Assembly (NCBI GenBank): GCA_963765205.1
Contig: CAVXVB010000002.1
Coordinates: 64,001 to 128,000, forward strand
Source of the DNA: an uncultured Verrucomicrobiae bacterium
GTDB lineage: Bacteria > Verrucomicrobiota > Verrucomicrobiia > Opitutales > JABDGR01
Reading direction: 5' to 3'
Length of the DNA stretch: 64,000 bases
Position numbers and translations under genes: made by a program. Shown here in pieces: positions 38,755-49,476 of the stretch (position 1 is the stretch's first letter; each line of letters opens with the position of its first letter). Under the pieces are notes generated by a model. It searched no databases. It saw only the letters and a list, made by a program, of their open reading frames with translations, and was not told the origin of the DNA.

Positions 38755-39251
38755 CTATCCGCCCGTAATCGTGCCCGTGCCGGCACTTGTGCCCGACCCG
38801 TTGCTCGGCGCCGCGCCTGAACTGGTGCTTCCACCTGTGACCGTGCCGTTGCTGGCCCCGGTGCCGGATCCCTTGCTCGGCGCCGGTTGGGCTCCGGGGG
38901 TGATCATGGGAGTCGGAGAGGGTTGGTTTGCCGGAGGTGGTTGATTAGCCGGCGGGGGTGGGCGTTCTGGGTGTAAGGAGTCGGTACAACTCCATCAGCC
39001 GTAGCGGGTTGACCGTTTGGAGTGTAAGGGGTCGGTGCGGTCGTGTTTCCCGGCAGCGCAATGCCAGGATTATAATAAGGGTCGGGGCGGGCATGTTCCC
39101 GATGGGCGCGCCGCCGGGATTATAGGGCGTCGGCATTGGCGGCGTCGGTGGGGGGTGAGGTGGCCGGTGTCGCGGCTTGGGCCGCCGCAAACAGGTTGGT
39201 GAAACTGACCAAGGTGACGATTACCGCGGCATAGAGGGGGTTGATTTTCAC
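38755..39251 (-). pseudogene. Secreted Pro/Thr/Gly-rich repeat protein broken by three frameshifts
   Basis: Signal peptide MKINPLYAAVIVTLVSFTNLFAAAQA, repeated PTPY units across shifting frames, ends GTITGG*. Confidence 0.6.
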
Positions 39252-39467
39252 AGGTAAAAATTCGTAGCGGGGAGGTTGGATGATGCCCCGCTCTCAAATA
39301 TTTAACCTAGCCTAACCGTTCGCGCTCGTTTTTGCCATGGGATGCTTGCCCACCATCGGTGCCATTGGGGGGGAGGGCCGAACGGAAGCCAAAATCCCAA
39401 AGGGATTTGAATCCATCAGCCCTGGGGTTGCGAGTAACGAGCCACCCAGCAACTATGTTGAAAGTCA

Positions 39468-39770
<303 letters not shown>

Positions 39771-39821
39771 CGGGCCGGAAGGCCGGCAGGCTGACGGCGG
39801 TTTTGAGCCCGATGCCCTGCC

Positions 39822-40031
39822 TTGTTGCAACCGCTGCGCGCGCTCGGCTACGCGGTCAACCGGCAGCGCGGTTCGCACGTCCGCGTCACCACGCAACAGG
39901 GCGGCGAACACCACGAGGCCATTCCGAACCACCACCCCATCCGCACCGGCACGCTCTCCGGTATTCTCAAAAGTGTCGCCGCGCATGACGGCCTCACGGT
40001 CGAGGAACTGGTGCAAAAGCTCGGCCTGTAG
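39822..40031 (+). pseudogene. hicA: HicA-family toxin, N-terminally truncated, no hicB seen
   Basis: LGYAVNRQRGSHVRV...IPNH..IRTGTLSGIL. Confidence 0.75.
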
Positions 40032-40169
40032 CCAGCCTATCGCGTTATATTCGTCTGCCGCCAAAGGGTGAAAATAGCCCTTCCCCTGAGGCCCAAAAAC
40101 CGTAAACTAATGGCGTGTCCGCAACCGCGTAACTCGCTTTGCCCTTATTGGCCTCGGTGCCGAAAAAAC

Positions 40170-41316
40170 ATGCGCCGCCTGTTGTCCATATTTTTGGTTC
40201 TTTGGATGGTATCAGCGCTATCAACCACCCTCCAAGGTATGCCTACGATGCAAGTCGGCAGGCAATTCGCATCATACGTGATGCATAATGGTGGTCTCCG
40301 AGGGACAGACTTGAGCATCTATGACACTAAGCTGGGCTTGTTTGTCCGGTCTACCACCGGATTTGTAGGCGCTTGGAACCACTATGGCTGCTCTTTGAAA
40401 GAAGTTTTCCTCACTCCCGACCCCTTGGGCGTCTTTGGCCCCGACGGCCCCAACGTTTACGCTTATTGCCGACAGAACCCGTGGAACCAACTTTGACCCG
40501 GAGGGGTTGTCCACGGGTCAAGAATATGACGATGACATCTCGAATCTGACTTCGACGGTGAATAATCAAGAGAACCAGATTGCCCAATTGAATGCCCAGG
40601 CCGCAGACGGCACCATCAATCCGCGCGACGCTGGCCTAGCCACTCTGCTGCAAGACAATCTTTCGGGATTGGAAGCCAAGATCGATAAAGACAAGGCGGC
40701 GAAGCAGAACCTAGTGGAGGTGTCCGCGCGATTTAATTCTTTGGCTGCCTTGAGCAATGACCCGGAGCGGCTAAACGCACAAACCCTGAATGACGATGGG
40801 TCGGATGCGGTTTACAACAACGCCAAGACCCTCTACGATAGCACCAATGCTATAGGACAGCAAATCGGGATGATGGTTGGCACTGAGGGTATCGGCACGG
40901 TGGTCAAGGGGATTGACAGCCTCCTTGAGGCCCGGCAGGCCGCGAAGGCGGCAGATGAGGCAGCAGCATTGGAACCATACGGTGGTTCTGGTGGCGGACA
41001 CCATATTCCAGCGAAAAGTGCCTTTACTGGGGCGGCTGGGTATAATGTTAATGAGGCATTAGCGGTTCCAAACGCAGAATTAGCTAGATTGGGTGTTGAT
41101 CATGGCTTAGTATCAGGTGCTCAGCAGACTTTGTATCGGGCGTTTGCTCAAACAGGTCAACCACTCACATGGGATGCAATGCAATCAATCGAGACGCAAG
41201 CGCTTGTTCGTGGCGGTATGAGTCAAGGAACTGCCCAGGCCACTGTTACCAAGGCTATTACTGCACTGAAAGCTGCTGGCGTAACTGGACCCACTCGGAT
41301 ACCATGGGGAGGATAA
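40170..41316 (+). pseudogene. Signal peptide + RHS core end + C-terminal toxin (putative His-Me/HNH-type nuclease); frameshift at ~40485
   Basis: FLTPDPLG..DGPNVYAYCRQNPW/TNFDPEGL RHS signature; toxin tip GGHHIPAK...H...RIPW. Confidence 0.8.
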
Positions 41317-41320
41317 TCAA

Positions 41321-41704
41321 ATGCCAAGTCCTGAAATTAAAGAATTTGCCAAGATACTTGTCCAACAAGTCAGGGATGCTGCTATCCAGAGCGGCGATCG
41401 TCGAACACGCGTAGATGCCATGCATATTGTTGCCAAGCGGTGGAAGGATGCTGCTCGTAATGAAAACCTAGAGCCCATCGCGGATGTCTTAATACCTGAT
41501 ATTGTTGACGACACGGTATTTCATTTGCTTAGGGCGATTGATCAAGGGCTTCTCCGGTTTTCATTTACTGCTTCGAATGGGAAAGTGGTCAATTTGCCAG
41601 AGGATGGACTTGGTGAATTGTCTGGTTGGTATATGGGAAGTGGGGGCTGGCGCGCGATGTATTCTAATGAGCGATTCGTTGATGACTTTTCGGATCTTAA
41701 ATAA
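41321..41704 (+). CDS. Putative immunity protein
   Basis: 127-aa lower-GC ORF 4 bp after the toxin stop. Confidence 0.75.
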   Translation: MPSPEIKEFAKILVQQVRDAAIQSGDRRTRVDAMHIVAKRWKDAARNENLEPIADVLIPDIVDDTVFHLLRAIDQGLLRFSFTASNGKVVNLPEDGLGELSGWYMGSGGWRAMYSNERFVDDFSDLK

Positions 41705-42132
41705 ATACCCCCGCGCCAACCCCTCGCCCAGCGCATAACGGCGGCTAATAGTTGCGGATAAACCTGGCCCGACTGGTCGCGTCCTGTCTCCGCCTGGCTC
41801 GACTTGGCTAACATTGTCCCGCCGTGGAAAGCATAACCGATTGTAATAAGTGGTCACAGCCGGTTGCGTCGGCGCGTTCCTGGTGGTAAAGGAAGGCGGC
41901 ATGAGGCGATTCCACCACAGCAACGAAGGCACCCGCCCGCGCGCGCCGGAGATGCCGTGCCGCGCTAGCGGCACGGCGTCCCGGCGGGCGGGCGGTTTTA
42001 GTATATGTGCCATATCCCATCATTCCTCCTCCCGAGTAAGCCAGAGTGTACCAGAGCAGGACAAAAACAGATAACCCATTCCACTCCTCCAAAAGAAAAA
42101 AAGGGGCCCGGACAGGGTCAGGTAGCACCTTA

Positions 42133-43014
42133 GAGCTTATCCGTAAATAAGGATTGCGTTGAGAAGGCGGCGGGATAAACTGCGGGGATGCCGCGACTAT
42201 CCTCCTGGGAAATCTCTGATGAATTCTGGGCCAAAGTCGAGCCTTTGGTTCCCGCGCGCGCCGGCCGGAAGGCGGGCGGGCGCTACCGTCGCGCCGCAGG
42301 CGCGGGCCGCAAGGCCCTCGCGCCTCGACGCATCTTCGAGGCGGTGGTTTACGTGCTGCGCACGGGTTGCCAGTGGAAAGCGCTGTCCAAGGCCCGGTAT
42401 GGCAGCGCCAGTTCCGTGCACAAATACTTTCAGCAGTGGCACGCCGCCGGATTCTTCGAGGCGTTGTGGCGGGCCGGTCTGGCCGACTACGATGAATTGG
42501 AGGGCATCGCGTGGCGGTGGCAAAGCATCGATGGCTCCCTGGTCAAGGCCCCTCTGGCGCGCGAAGCGGTGGGAGCCAACCCCACCGACCGGGGAAAAAA
42601 ATGGGAGCAAGCGCAGCGTGCTGGTGGACGCCCGTGGCGTCCCGCTGTCGCTCATCGTCGCCGGGGCCAATGAACACGACGTGACGCTGGTGCGCCGCAC
42701 GTTGCGCCAGCGCCACGACCGGCGCACGGCCCATTTGTGTGCCGACAAGGGTTACTGGGGGAAACCGGGCCTGCGCACCATGCGCCAATACGGCTACCGT
42801 CCGCATGTGCCTGCCCGCGGAGCCAAACCAGCCCCGCGCCGATCCACCGGCCAAGCCCGTCGCTGGGTGGTGGAACGCACCGCTTCCTGGCTCAACCGCT
42901 ACCGCAAACTCCTCGTGCGGTTTGAGAAAACCGCCGCCTCCCACGAAGCCTTGCTCTGTCTCGCCAGCGCGCTTATTGTTTGCAGACGAACAACTTTTAT
43001 TTACGGATAAGCTC
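42133..43014 (+). mobile_element. IS5-family insertion sequence (882 bp), copy 1
   Basis: 18-bp perfect IRs GAGCTTATCCGTAAATAA, TA duplication. Confidence 0.95.
42188..43010 (+). CDS. IS5-family transposase, two ORFs joined by -1 frameshift at GGGGAAAAAAA (42591-42601)
   Basis: YVLRTGCQW, SIDGS, ADKGY, RWVVERT..WL.RYR. Confidence 0.92.
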
Positions 43015-43113
43015 TAGGTCACCTCAGTGCCTTAGTCCCTTTGTTCCTTCTTTTGGCATCGCCTCGTGGGTCCCAATTCCCACAATGGGCCGCTTCCGGG
43101 CTGCCCCGCTGTC

Positions 43114-45570
43114 ATGGGAAAAAATCCATATCGCCGCGATCCCAATCAACCCGCGTCCGCCGCGGCGCGGGCGGCGCCATCGCCAAACCCGGCGGGCGCC
43201 GACCGGGCGGGTAGGGTGCCGACGCCGGCCAGTGCACCAGCTGGCCCGGTGCTTGGAGATAAGTCGGTTGTGGCTGGTGGTGCGCTGGCTGGGTCGGCTC
43301 CCGTTCACCGCGGGGCCGTCGCAAGCTACGCCCCTACCCTCGGGCAAATAGCAGCAGCAGACCCGTCCACCCCGCCGCCGCGGGTGGGTGGCAAACTTTG
43401 TTTGATCGGATTGGCGCTGGGGTTCGTGATTTTGGCGGCCTATGGCAATTCGTTTCACACGGGGCTGGTGCTGGACAATTCGGTGGTGATCGCCGCCGAC
43501 CCGCGCATCACCCAGGTGACGCCCGACAACCTCCATCTGATTTTCACGCGCAACTACTGGTGGCCGGCGTTCGAGAGCGACCTTTACCGCCCGCTGACCA
43601 CGCTGAGTTACCTGTTCAATTACGCCATTCTGGGCCGGGGCCAGACACCGACCGACCCGTTCGGCTACCACGTCCTGAATTTTCTGTTGCACTGGGCGAA
43701 TGTCGTTCTCGTGCTGGTGATTGCGCGGCGGCTGTCCGGCCGGCTGGACGTGGCGGCGCTGGCAGCGGCGCTGTTCGCCGTGCATCCAGTGAATGTGGAA
43801 TCGGTCACGAACATCATCGGGCGCGCGGACTTGCTGGCGACGTTGTCCATCCTGCTGGGCGGCTGGTGTTACCTGCGCGCGGCGGACACCACGGGCTGGC
43901 GCAAGGCCCTGTGGCTGACGGGCATGGGCTTTAACGCGCTGTGGGGGGTGTTTGCCAAGGAAAGCGCGGTGCTGATTGCCGCGTTTGTGTTTCTTTATGA
44001 TTTATTCTGGCGCTGGCCGAAGCTGCCCGGCGCGGACTTTCTCCGCCGGCTGTTGCGCGCCTTCGTCGAATTCGGCCTGAAAGGCTACGTCGTGCTACTG
44101 CCGGCCGTCGGAGCGCTGTGGGCGGTGCGCAGTTATCTGACGTTCCACTCGCCGGTTTTTGGGCAGGTTTACGTGGACAATCCGATTTCCGGCGCGGACA
44201 CCAAATTTCAAGGTGTCATGTCGGCGATCTATGTGCTGGGGCGTTACCTGGCACTAATGGTATGGCCGCGGACGCTGGCCTGCGATTATTCCTACCACGA
44301 AATCCCGCTGTATGGCGAGCCGGGCGCGGGGTCGGTGGATTTGCTGGCCTGGGTGTCGCTGGTGGTGATTGCGCTGCTCATTGGGCTGGCCGTCTGGCGC
44401 TGGCGCACGCAGCCGCTGTATGCGTGGGGCGTGGCCATTTTCTTCCTCATGCAATTGCCCACCGCCAACTTGCTCTTCCCCATTGGCAGCATCATGGCCG
44501 AACGTTTTCTCTATCTGCCCTCGATTGGTTTTTGTGTGATGGCGGCGCAGGGCTTCCGGTTGCTGGCGGACAAACTGACGCAGCCGGCCGCCGCCCGCGA
44601 AATTTCGTCCTGGGCGTGGTGGTGGCTGTTTCCCGCCGTCGCCGTCACCGCGTTGGGCGCGCGCACTATCGTGCGCAATCAGGACTGGCAGAACGAACTT
44701 TCCCTCTGGCAAAGCGCCGCCGCCGCCGAGCCGGACAGCTTCAAAGTCCACAAGGGTCTCGCCAATGCGCTTCTGGCTGATGTGCTGGACAAACATAAAG
44801 GCGATCTGACTGCGGCAGAGCAGGGCGTGGATACCGCCATCGCCGAAGGGGAAAAAGGCCTCTACATCCTCGACCATCCGCCACTGCCCCTGCCCAAGCA
44901 GGACAATACGCTCTATCAAGACATGGGCCGCTTTTACTGCGCCAAAGGCGAACTGCTCGAGCGCCGCGGCCAGGCGGACCAGGCGATGGCCTTTTATCAA
45001 AAGTCCGTGGCCGTGCTGCTGCGCGCCCGCGACGTGGACCACTACGCCAACGCAACTTCGCACGCCGCATCCCTCAAACGCGGCCGCCCGGAATCCGAAA
45101 TTTCCGACGTGGGCAATTACAACGTCTATGTCCTGCTGGACATGACCTACGAACACATGCGGGATTGGACCGATGCGGAGGCCGCCAGCCGCTACATCCA
45201 GCGCCTCGCGCCTTATGAGACGGTCGGCTACCGCCAGGTCGCCAATGACTGCGCCAACCAGGGCCGCTTTGCCGAAGCCGCAAAACAAATCATCGAAGCC
45301 CTGCTGCTCAACACTGACGACACCAGCATGTGGCCCCGGCTGGCGGCCTATTTTCAGGCTATGGGCTTGAATCCCAATCCGGTGGCGCCCATCGGGCAAA
45401 CCTACTCCCTCAACCAGTCCAACCCCATCGTGCGCGACATCATCAACCAGGCCGGGGTGGAACTCGTCCACAATATCCAAGCCTACAAGCAATATGACCA
45501 GGCCAACGCCTTGCGCGACAAGTTCATCAAGTCTTACAATATTCCCGCCCAATTGTTTGACCAGCAGTAA
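43114..45570 (+). CDS. TMTC-like (DUF1736) membrane glycosyltransferase with TPR-like C-terminus
   Basis: YRPLTTLSY, FAVHPVNVESV..IIGRADLL, AKES, LACDYS, MAERFLYLPS, RNQDW. Confidence 0.88.
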   Translation: MGKNPYRRDPNQPASAAARAAPSPNPAGADRAGRVPTPASAPAGPVLGDKSVVAGGALAGSAPVHRGAVASYAPTLGQIAAADPSTPPPRVGGKLCLIGLALGFVILAAYGNSFHTGLVLDNSVVIAADPRITQVTPDNLHLIFTRNYWWPAFESDLYRPLTTLSYLFNYAILGRGQTPTDPFGYHVLNFLLHWANVVLVLVIARRLSGRLDVAALAAALFAVHPVNVESVTNIIGRADLLATLSILLGGWCYLRAADTTGWRKALWLTGMGFNALWGVFAKESAVLIAAFVFLYDLFWRWPKLPGADFLRRLLRAFVEFGLKGYVVLLPAVGALWAVRSYLTFHSPVFGQVYVDNPISGADTKFQGVMSAIYVLGRYLALMVWPRTLACDYSYHEIPLYGEPGAGSVDLLAWVSLVVIALLIGLAVWRWRTQPLYAWGVAIFFLMQLPTANLLFPIGSIMAERFLYLPSIGFCVMAAQGFRLLADKLTQPAAAREISSWAWWWLFPAVAVTALGARTIVRNQDWQNELSLWQSAAAAEPDSFKVHKGLANALLADVLDKHKGDLTAAEQGVDTAIAEGEKGLYILDHPPLPLPKQDNTLYQDMGRFYCAKGELLERRGQADQAMAFYQKSVAVLLRARDVDHYANATSHAASLKRGRPESEISDVGNYNVYVLLDMTYEHMRDWTDAEAASRYIQRLAPYETVGYRQVANDCANQGRFAEAAKQIIEALLLNTDDTSMWPRLAAYFQAMGLNPNPVAPIGQTYSLNQSNPIVRDIINQAGVELVHNIQAYKQYDQANALRDKFIKSYNIPAQLFDQQ
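43211..43337. repeat. BIME-like cluster of GTAG REP units within 5' region of TMTC-like ORF
   Basis: 43211-43238 and degenerate inverted copy 43279-43302; GGGGC...GCCCCTAC at 43312-43337. Confidence 0.6.
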
Positions 45571-45613
45571 TCCCCGCGCTTGCCCAAACGCGTTCGATGT
45601 TTACGCTCGCGGC

Positions 45614-46633
45614 ATGATTCCCCGCCTGGCCACTGCGCGCCTCGTGCTCGACGCCTACACGCTCGACGACGTGCCGGCGCTCGTCGAGCTGGCCGGGCAT
45701 CCGGAAATTTTTGCGACGACTCTGCTCATCCCACATCCTTATACCGCCGACGACGCCCGGCGCTGGATCGCCGCCCACTTGCCTGATTTTGCCAATGACC
45801 AAGCCCTCAGCTTTGCCGTTCGCCACGAAGGGAAACTGGTTGGCGCGATGGCCTTGACCATCAATCGCAAGCATGACCGCGCCATCCTCGGTTATTGGAT
45901 TGGCCGCCCATTTTGGGGCCGGGGCTATGCGACGGAAGCGGCGCGCGCGGTTGTGGCCTATGGTTTCCAAAACCTGCGCCTGGAAAAAATTGAGGCCGAA
46001 TATTTTGCCGGCAATCCCGCTTCCGGCCGGGTGATGGAAAAAGCCGGGTTGACGCGCGAAGGCTATCAGCCGCGTCATCGCAAGAAAGGTGAGACTTACG
46101 TTGACACCATTATCTATGGCATCACCCGTGCTGCCGCGCTCGCCGCGAGACTTTTCAATGAGGATTCCTCCACAATCGTGGATCACACGGCAGGAACACC
46201 GACGAAGGCCCGTCATCCCGACGATCCGCCGCCGGCGGAGGAATTGGTTGCACCCGAGGCGAGTTCGATGGAGCGCGGGTTGGTGCTGCGCCATTTTCTC
46301 GGCAAGAACGTGGCCGAGATGGAGCAGGAATTGCGCGTTTACGGCCAGTCGCTGGCCGGCGACTTCGCCCACCTTGCGCCGGGCGCGCTGGGGTATTATC
46401 TGAAATCCGCGGAAGCCTACCTTGCCAGCGAATTTGCCGAGGGCGACTGGGACTTTGCCCACGGACTGGCGGCGGCGCTGGACGCGCAACTCCGCCAGCC
46501 TGCGCTGCCGGCGGACACCCGTGCGCGCGCCGAAAAACTCCTCCGGCACCTGTGCGACCACGCCGCAAGATATTTTATCGAGGTGGACAAGCAGCCCTTC
46601 GCTGGCTGGGTCGCGGAGTCGCTGAAGGAGTAA
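45614..46633 (+). CDS. RimJ/RimL-type GNAT acetyltransferase with extra C-terminal domain
   Basis: LGYWIGRPFWGRGYATEAA, NPASGRVMEKAG. Confidence 0.88.
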   Translation: MIPRLATARLVLDAYTLDDVPALVELAGHPEIFATTLLIPHPYTADDARRWIAAHLPDFANDQALSFAVRHEGKLVGAMALTINRKHDRAILGYWIGRPFWGRGYATEAARAVVAYGFQNLRLEKIEAEYFAGNPASGRVMEKAGLTREGYQPRHRKKGETYVDTIIYGITRAAALAARLFNEDSSTIVDHTAGTPTKARHPDDPPPAEELVAPEASSMERGLVLRHFLGKNVAEMEQELRVYGQSLAGDFAHLAPGALGYYLKSAEAYLASEFAEGDWDFAHGLAAALDAQLRQPALPADTRARAEKLLRHLCDHAARYFIEVDKQPFAGWVAESLKE

Positions 46634-46817
46634 ATTTTTCTCGCCCGTGGCGGATTCTGACAGCACCGCAATCCTGTTTTGGGCAATCGGTTTTGGGGCC
46701 GTTTGCGTCAATTCCTCAACGAACCGGTTACGCCCCGGTTAAATTTTAACATTCCCGCCGCATTGCGCTTGGACTCGGGCCGCCTTTCGCCATAAACAGC
46801 GGAAACGGTTATCATCC

Positions 46818-48140
46818 ATGCGGGTATTGCTCACTTCCCACGGTTCCACCGGCGACATCTACCCACTCATTGGCCTCGGCCGTGCGTTGCGCGAGGCCGG
46901 CCATCAAGTCCGCTACGCCACCGCGCCGCTCTACCAGCGGGAGATTGAAAAGGCCGGGCTGGAATTCGTCTGCCTGCCGCCGGAATGGGGGCCGGAAATG
47001 TTTGCGGACTTCATGCGCGAATTGAACCGCTGCCGGCACCCGCTGCTGCAACTCGTGCATATTTATTGCGGCGCGTTGCCCGTCATGGGCGAGATCATCC
47101 GGCGCATGAACGACGCACTGCGCGATTGCGACCTGCTCGTCAGCTCCTATTTTTTTCCGCACTACCGCGTGCTGGCCGACCGCGTGGGCGTGCCTTATGT
47201 TTGCTTCGCGTTCTGCCACAACCTGGTGCCGACGGCGGAGCACCCGCCGGAAAAGTTTCCGCAACTGCGCTGGCTGCCGGGTTTTGCCCGGCGGCGGTAT
47301 TGCCGGGCCTCGTGGCGGCTGTCGAATTACATTGTGGACTGTTCCATCAACACGATCTGCCGCTCGCTCTTCCGCGAGATGGGCTTGCCGCCGATGCGCG
47401 GCTTCATCCTCGAACCGGCGGAGTTGGAACTCATTGGCGTCGGCCGCGCCGTAGGTGAGCACTGGCAGCCGGACGGCCGCTTCCAGTTCACCGGCTACTT
47501 GCGTTGGCAATCCCCGGAAAACGAAAAGCTGGAGGAGGAGTTGCGCGAGTTTTGCGCGGGCGCGGAAGTGCCCATCCTCACCTTTGGCAGCGTGACCTTT
47601 GACGACGTGCACACGGTGATGAGTCGTTTTGTGCAACACTGGCCCGCGGGCAAAAAAATCATTGTGCAAAGCGGCTGGGTCGGGCTGGCCATCGGGGTGG
47701 CGCGGCCGGAAATCAAAGTCATCGGCCCAGTGTCGCACGACCAATTGTTCCGCCACGCCTCCTGCGTCATCCACCACGGCGGCGCGGGCACGTCGGCCTC
47801 GGTGCTCTATGCCGGCAAGCCGCAGATCATCATCCCGCACATTGCGGACCAATGGTTCTGGGGCGCGGAATTCAAGCGCCTGCGCGTCGGCCAGATGCTG
47901 AATAAAAAGACCTGGCCCGAGAAGCTGCCCGCCAAGGTGGCCAAAATCGAGGCCAAGAAAAAAATGCGCCGCCGGTGCGCCGACCTCGCCGCGCGCCTGC
48001 GCGCCGAGGACGGCCCCGGCACTGCGGTCAAATTGCTGGAGGACTATGTGGCAAAACGGCAGGCCGCCCACGCGCCGACCTCGGCTGCATCCGCTGGTTG
48101 CGCAACCACAGCTCCCACCCCGCTTTCCACGCTGGCCTGA
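46818..48140 (+). CDS. GT1-family glycosyltransferase
   Basis: GSTGDIYP, TFGS, IHHGGAGT, PHIADQWFW. Confidence 0.92.
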   Translation: MRVLLTSHGSTGDIYPLIGLGRALREAGHQVRYATAPLYQREIEKAGLEFVCLPPEWGPEMFADFMRELNRCRHPLLQLVHIYCGALPVMGEIIRRMNDALRDCDLLVSSYFFPHYRVLADRVGVPYVCFAFCHNLVPTAEHPPEKFPQLRWLPGFARRRYCRASWRLSNYIVDCSINTICRSLFREMGLPPMRGFILEPAELELIGVGRAVGEHWQPDGRFQFTGYLRWQSPENEKLEEELREFCAGAEVPILTFGSVTFDDVHTVMSRFVQHWPAGKKIIVQSGWVGLAIGVARPEIKVIGPVSHDQLFRHASCVIHHGGAGTSASVLYAGKPQIIIPHIADQWFWGAEFKRLRVGQMLNKKTWPEKLPAKVAKIEAKKKMRRRCADLAARLRAEDGPGTAVKLLEDYVAKRQAAHAPTSAASAGCATTAPTPLSTLA

Positions 48141-48151
48141 TACTCCAAAAA

Positions 48152-48227
48152 TGGAGCGAGCGAAGGGATTCGAACCCTCGACAACGACCTTGGCAAGGTC
48201 GTGCTCTACCATCTGAGCTACGCTCGC
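48152..48227 (-). tRNA. tRNA-Gly (GCC) with encoded CCA
   Basis: GCGAGCGTAGCTCAG...CGACC-TTGCCAA-GGTCG...GGTTCGAATCCC...TCCA. Confidence 0.98.
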
Positions 48228-48295
48228 GTATTCCTGTCCGGCCGGGGGGCCGGACGGGCCGCCGGTAAGGGCGGCAAGGGGTTCATGGTGCGCGT

Positions 48296-49279
48296 TTATC
48301 CGGGGTTGTCAAGCTCAAGCCGGGCGCGGTTGCGCTCCGTGTCGGGTACCGGCACAAAATGCTCGGCCTGCAAGCGGGCGGCGTATTCATCGCTCAACAG
48401 CAACTGCAGCAATTGGAGCACGCGCGCCTGGTCGGCCGGTTTGTAAACAAGGTAGAACGGCAGGCGCAGGGGATAAGCGCCGCTGGCGACATTTTCCGAA
48501 GTCGGGCTGGCCGCGCCTTTGGCCCCGCTGGCGGTGAGGGCGCCGGCAGTCGTGACTGGCGCCTTCGCAGAGGATATGAGCAGCACTTTGACCTTGCTGA
48601 GCGGGCCAGGATCATAGCCGCCCAAGCCGATGGCGTTGGGGTTTTCCGCCACGGTTTTGACCATTTCCTGCGCGGTCTTCATGACCTGCACGGTGCCTTT
48701 AAGCGCGTTGCCGCCGAGAATCTCGTTCTTAAACATCTCGAGCACCAACCCATCGTCCGTGCTCGTCGCACAGGGAGCCACGGGCTTTGCCGCCCAATCG
48801 GCACTGGCCTGCAACTCCCCCCAGGTCGTGCCGCCCTGCGCGTTCTCGCCGAAGACGCCGGCCACCTGGCGCAAATCCAGCGCGTTGAGCGGATTGGCCG
48901 GGTTGACAATGATGTAATCCACCGCAAAACAAAAAGGGATGATTTTGCACCCCTTGGGTGCAGCCGCCTGGCCGACGGGTGCGGTTAAAATTGCCAGTTG
49001 AATTTTCCCGTCCTTGAGGTCGCTCAGTGCCGGCACCGACCCGTGCAAATCCACGTTGATGTTCAGATGGGCTTGCTTCACGTAACGGGCGAGCGGTTCA
49101 CCCACCGCGGTTTGCAGCAGGTCAGACCCACCGACACGCACAAAGTCGGGCGTGGTTGCCGCCGGCTGGGCCGCGGCAGCAGGCGCAGCTTCCGCCGGGG
49201 CGGCGGGCGCCGGCTCCGCGGCCCGGGTTACGGCCCACCCGCCCAGCAGCGAGAAATAAAAATATTTGCGCAGATTCAC
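48296..49279 (-). CDS. PstS-like periplasmic substrate-binding protein
   Basis: Signal peptide, VGGSD, IVNPANPL, NAIG, GAYPLRLPFY. Confidence 0.8.
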   Translation of the reverse strand: MNLRKYFYFSLLGGWAVTRAAEPAPAAPAEAAPAAAAQPAATTPDFVRVGGSDLLQTAVGEPLARYVKQAHLNINVDLHGSVPALSDLKDGKIQLAILTAPVGQAAAPKGCKIIPFCFAVDYIIVNPANPLNALDLRQVAGVFGENAQGGTTWGELQASADWAAKPVAPCATSTDDGLVLEMFKNEILGGNALKGTVQVMKTAQEMVKTVAENPNAIGLGGYDPGPLSKVKVLLISSAKAPVTTAGALTASGAKGAASPTSENVASGAYPLRLPFYLVYKPADQARVLQLLQLLLSDEYAARLQAEHFVPVPDTERNRARLELDNPG

Positions 49280-49476
49280 GAAAATCGGAAAATCTAAAAG
49301 AGGCCGTTCGCCGGGGCAATTCTATTCGATGACTGCGGGGCTCCGATTTAGGCAAAGACGGCACGCAGGGTGGGGGCAATGGTTTGACAGCCCTGGTCGC
49401 ATCCTTTACCCCTATAACTTTCCGTCATTTCCCAATCTTTGGCGGTTAATTCGCCATTCTTAATTCCCCAGTCTCC

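Noticed and set aside
39393..39450. REP-like sequence ATCCCAAAGGGAT...GGGTTGCGAG
   Set aside because: Single degenerate copy in the window; cannot support as a repeat
41710..42130. ORFs or integron attC after the immunity gene
   Set aside because: No convincing RYYYAAC...GTTRRRY fold or protein motifs; no integron integrase
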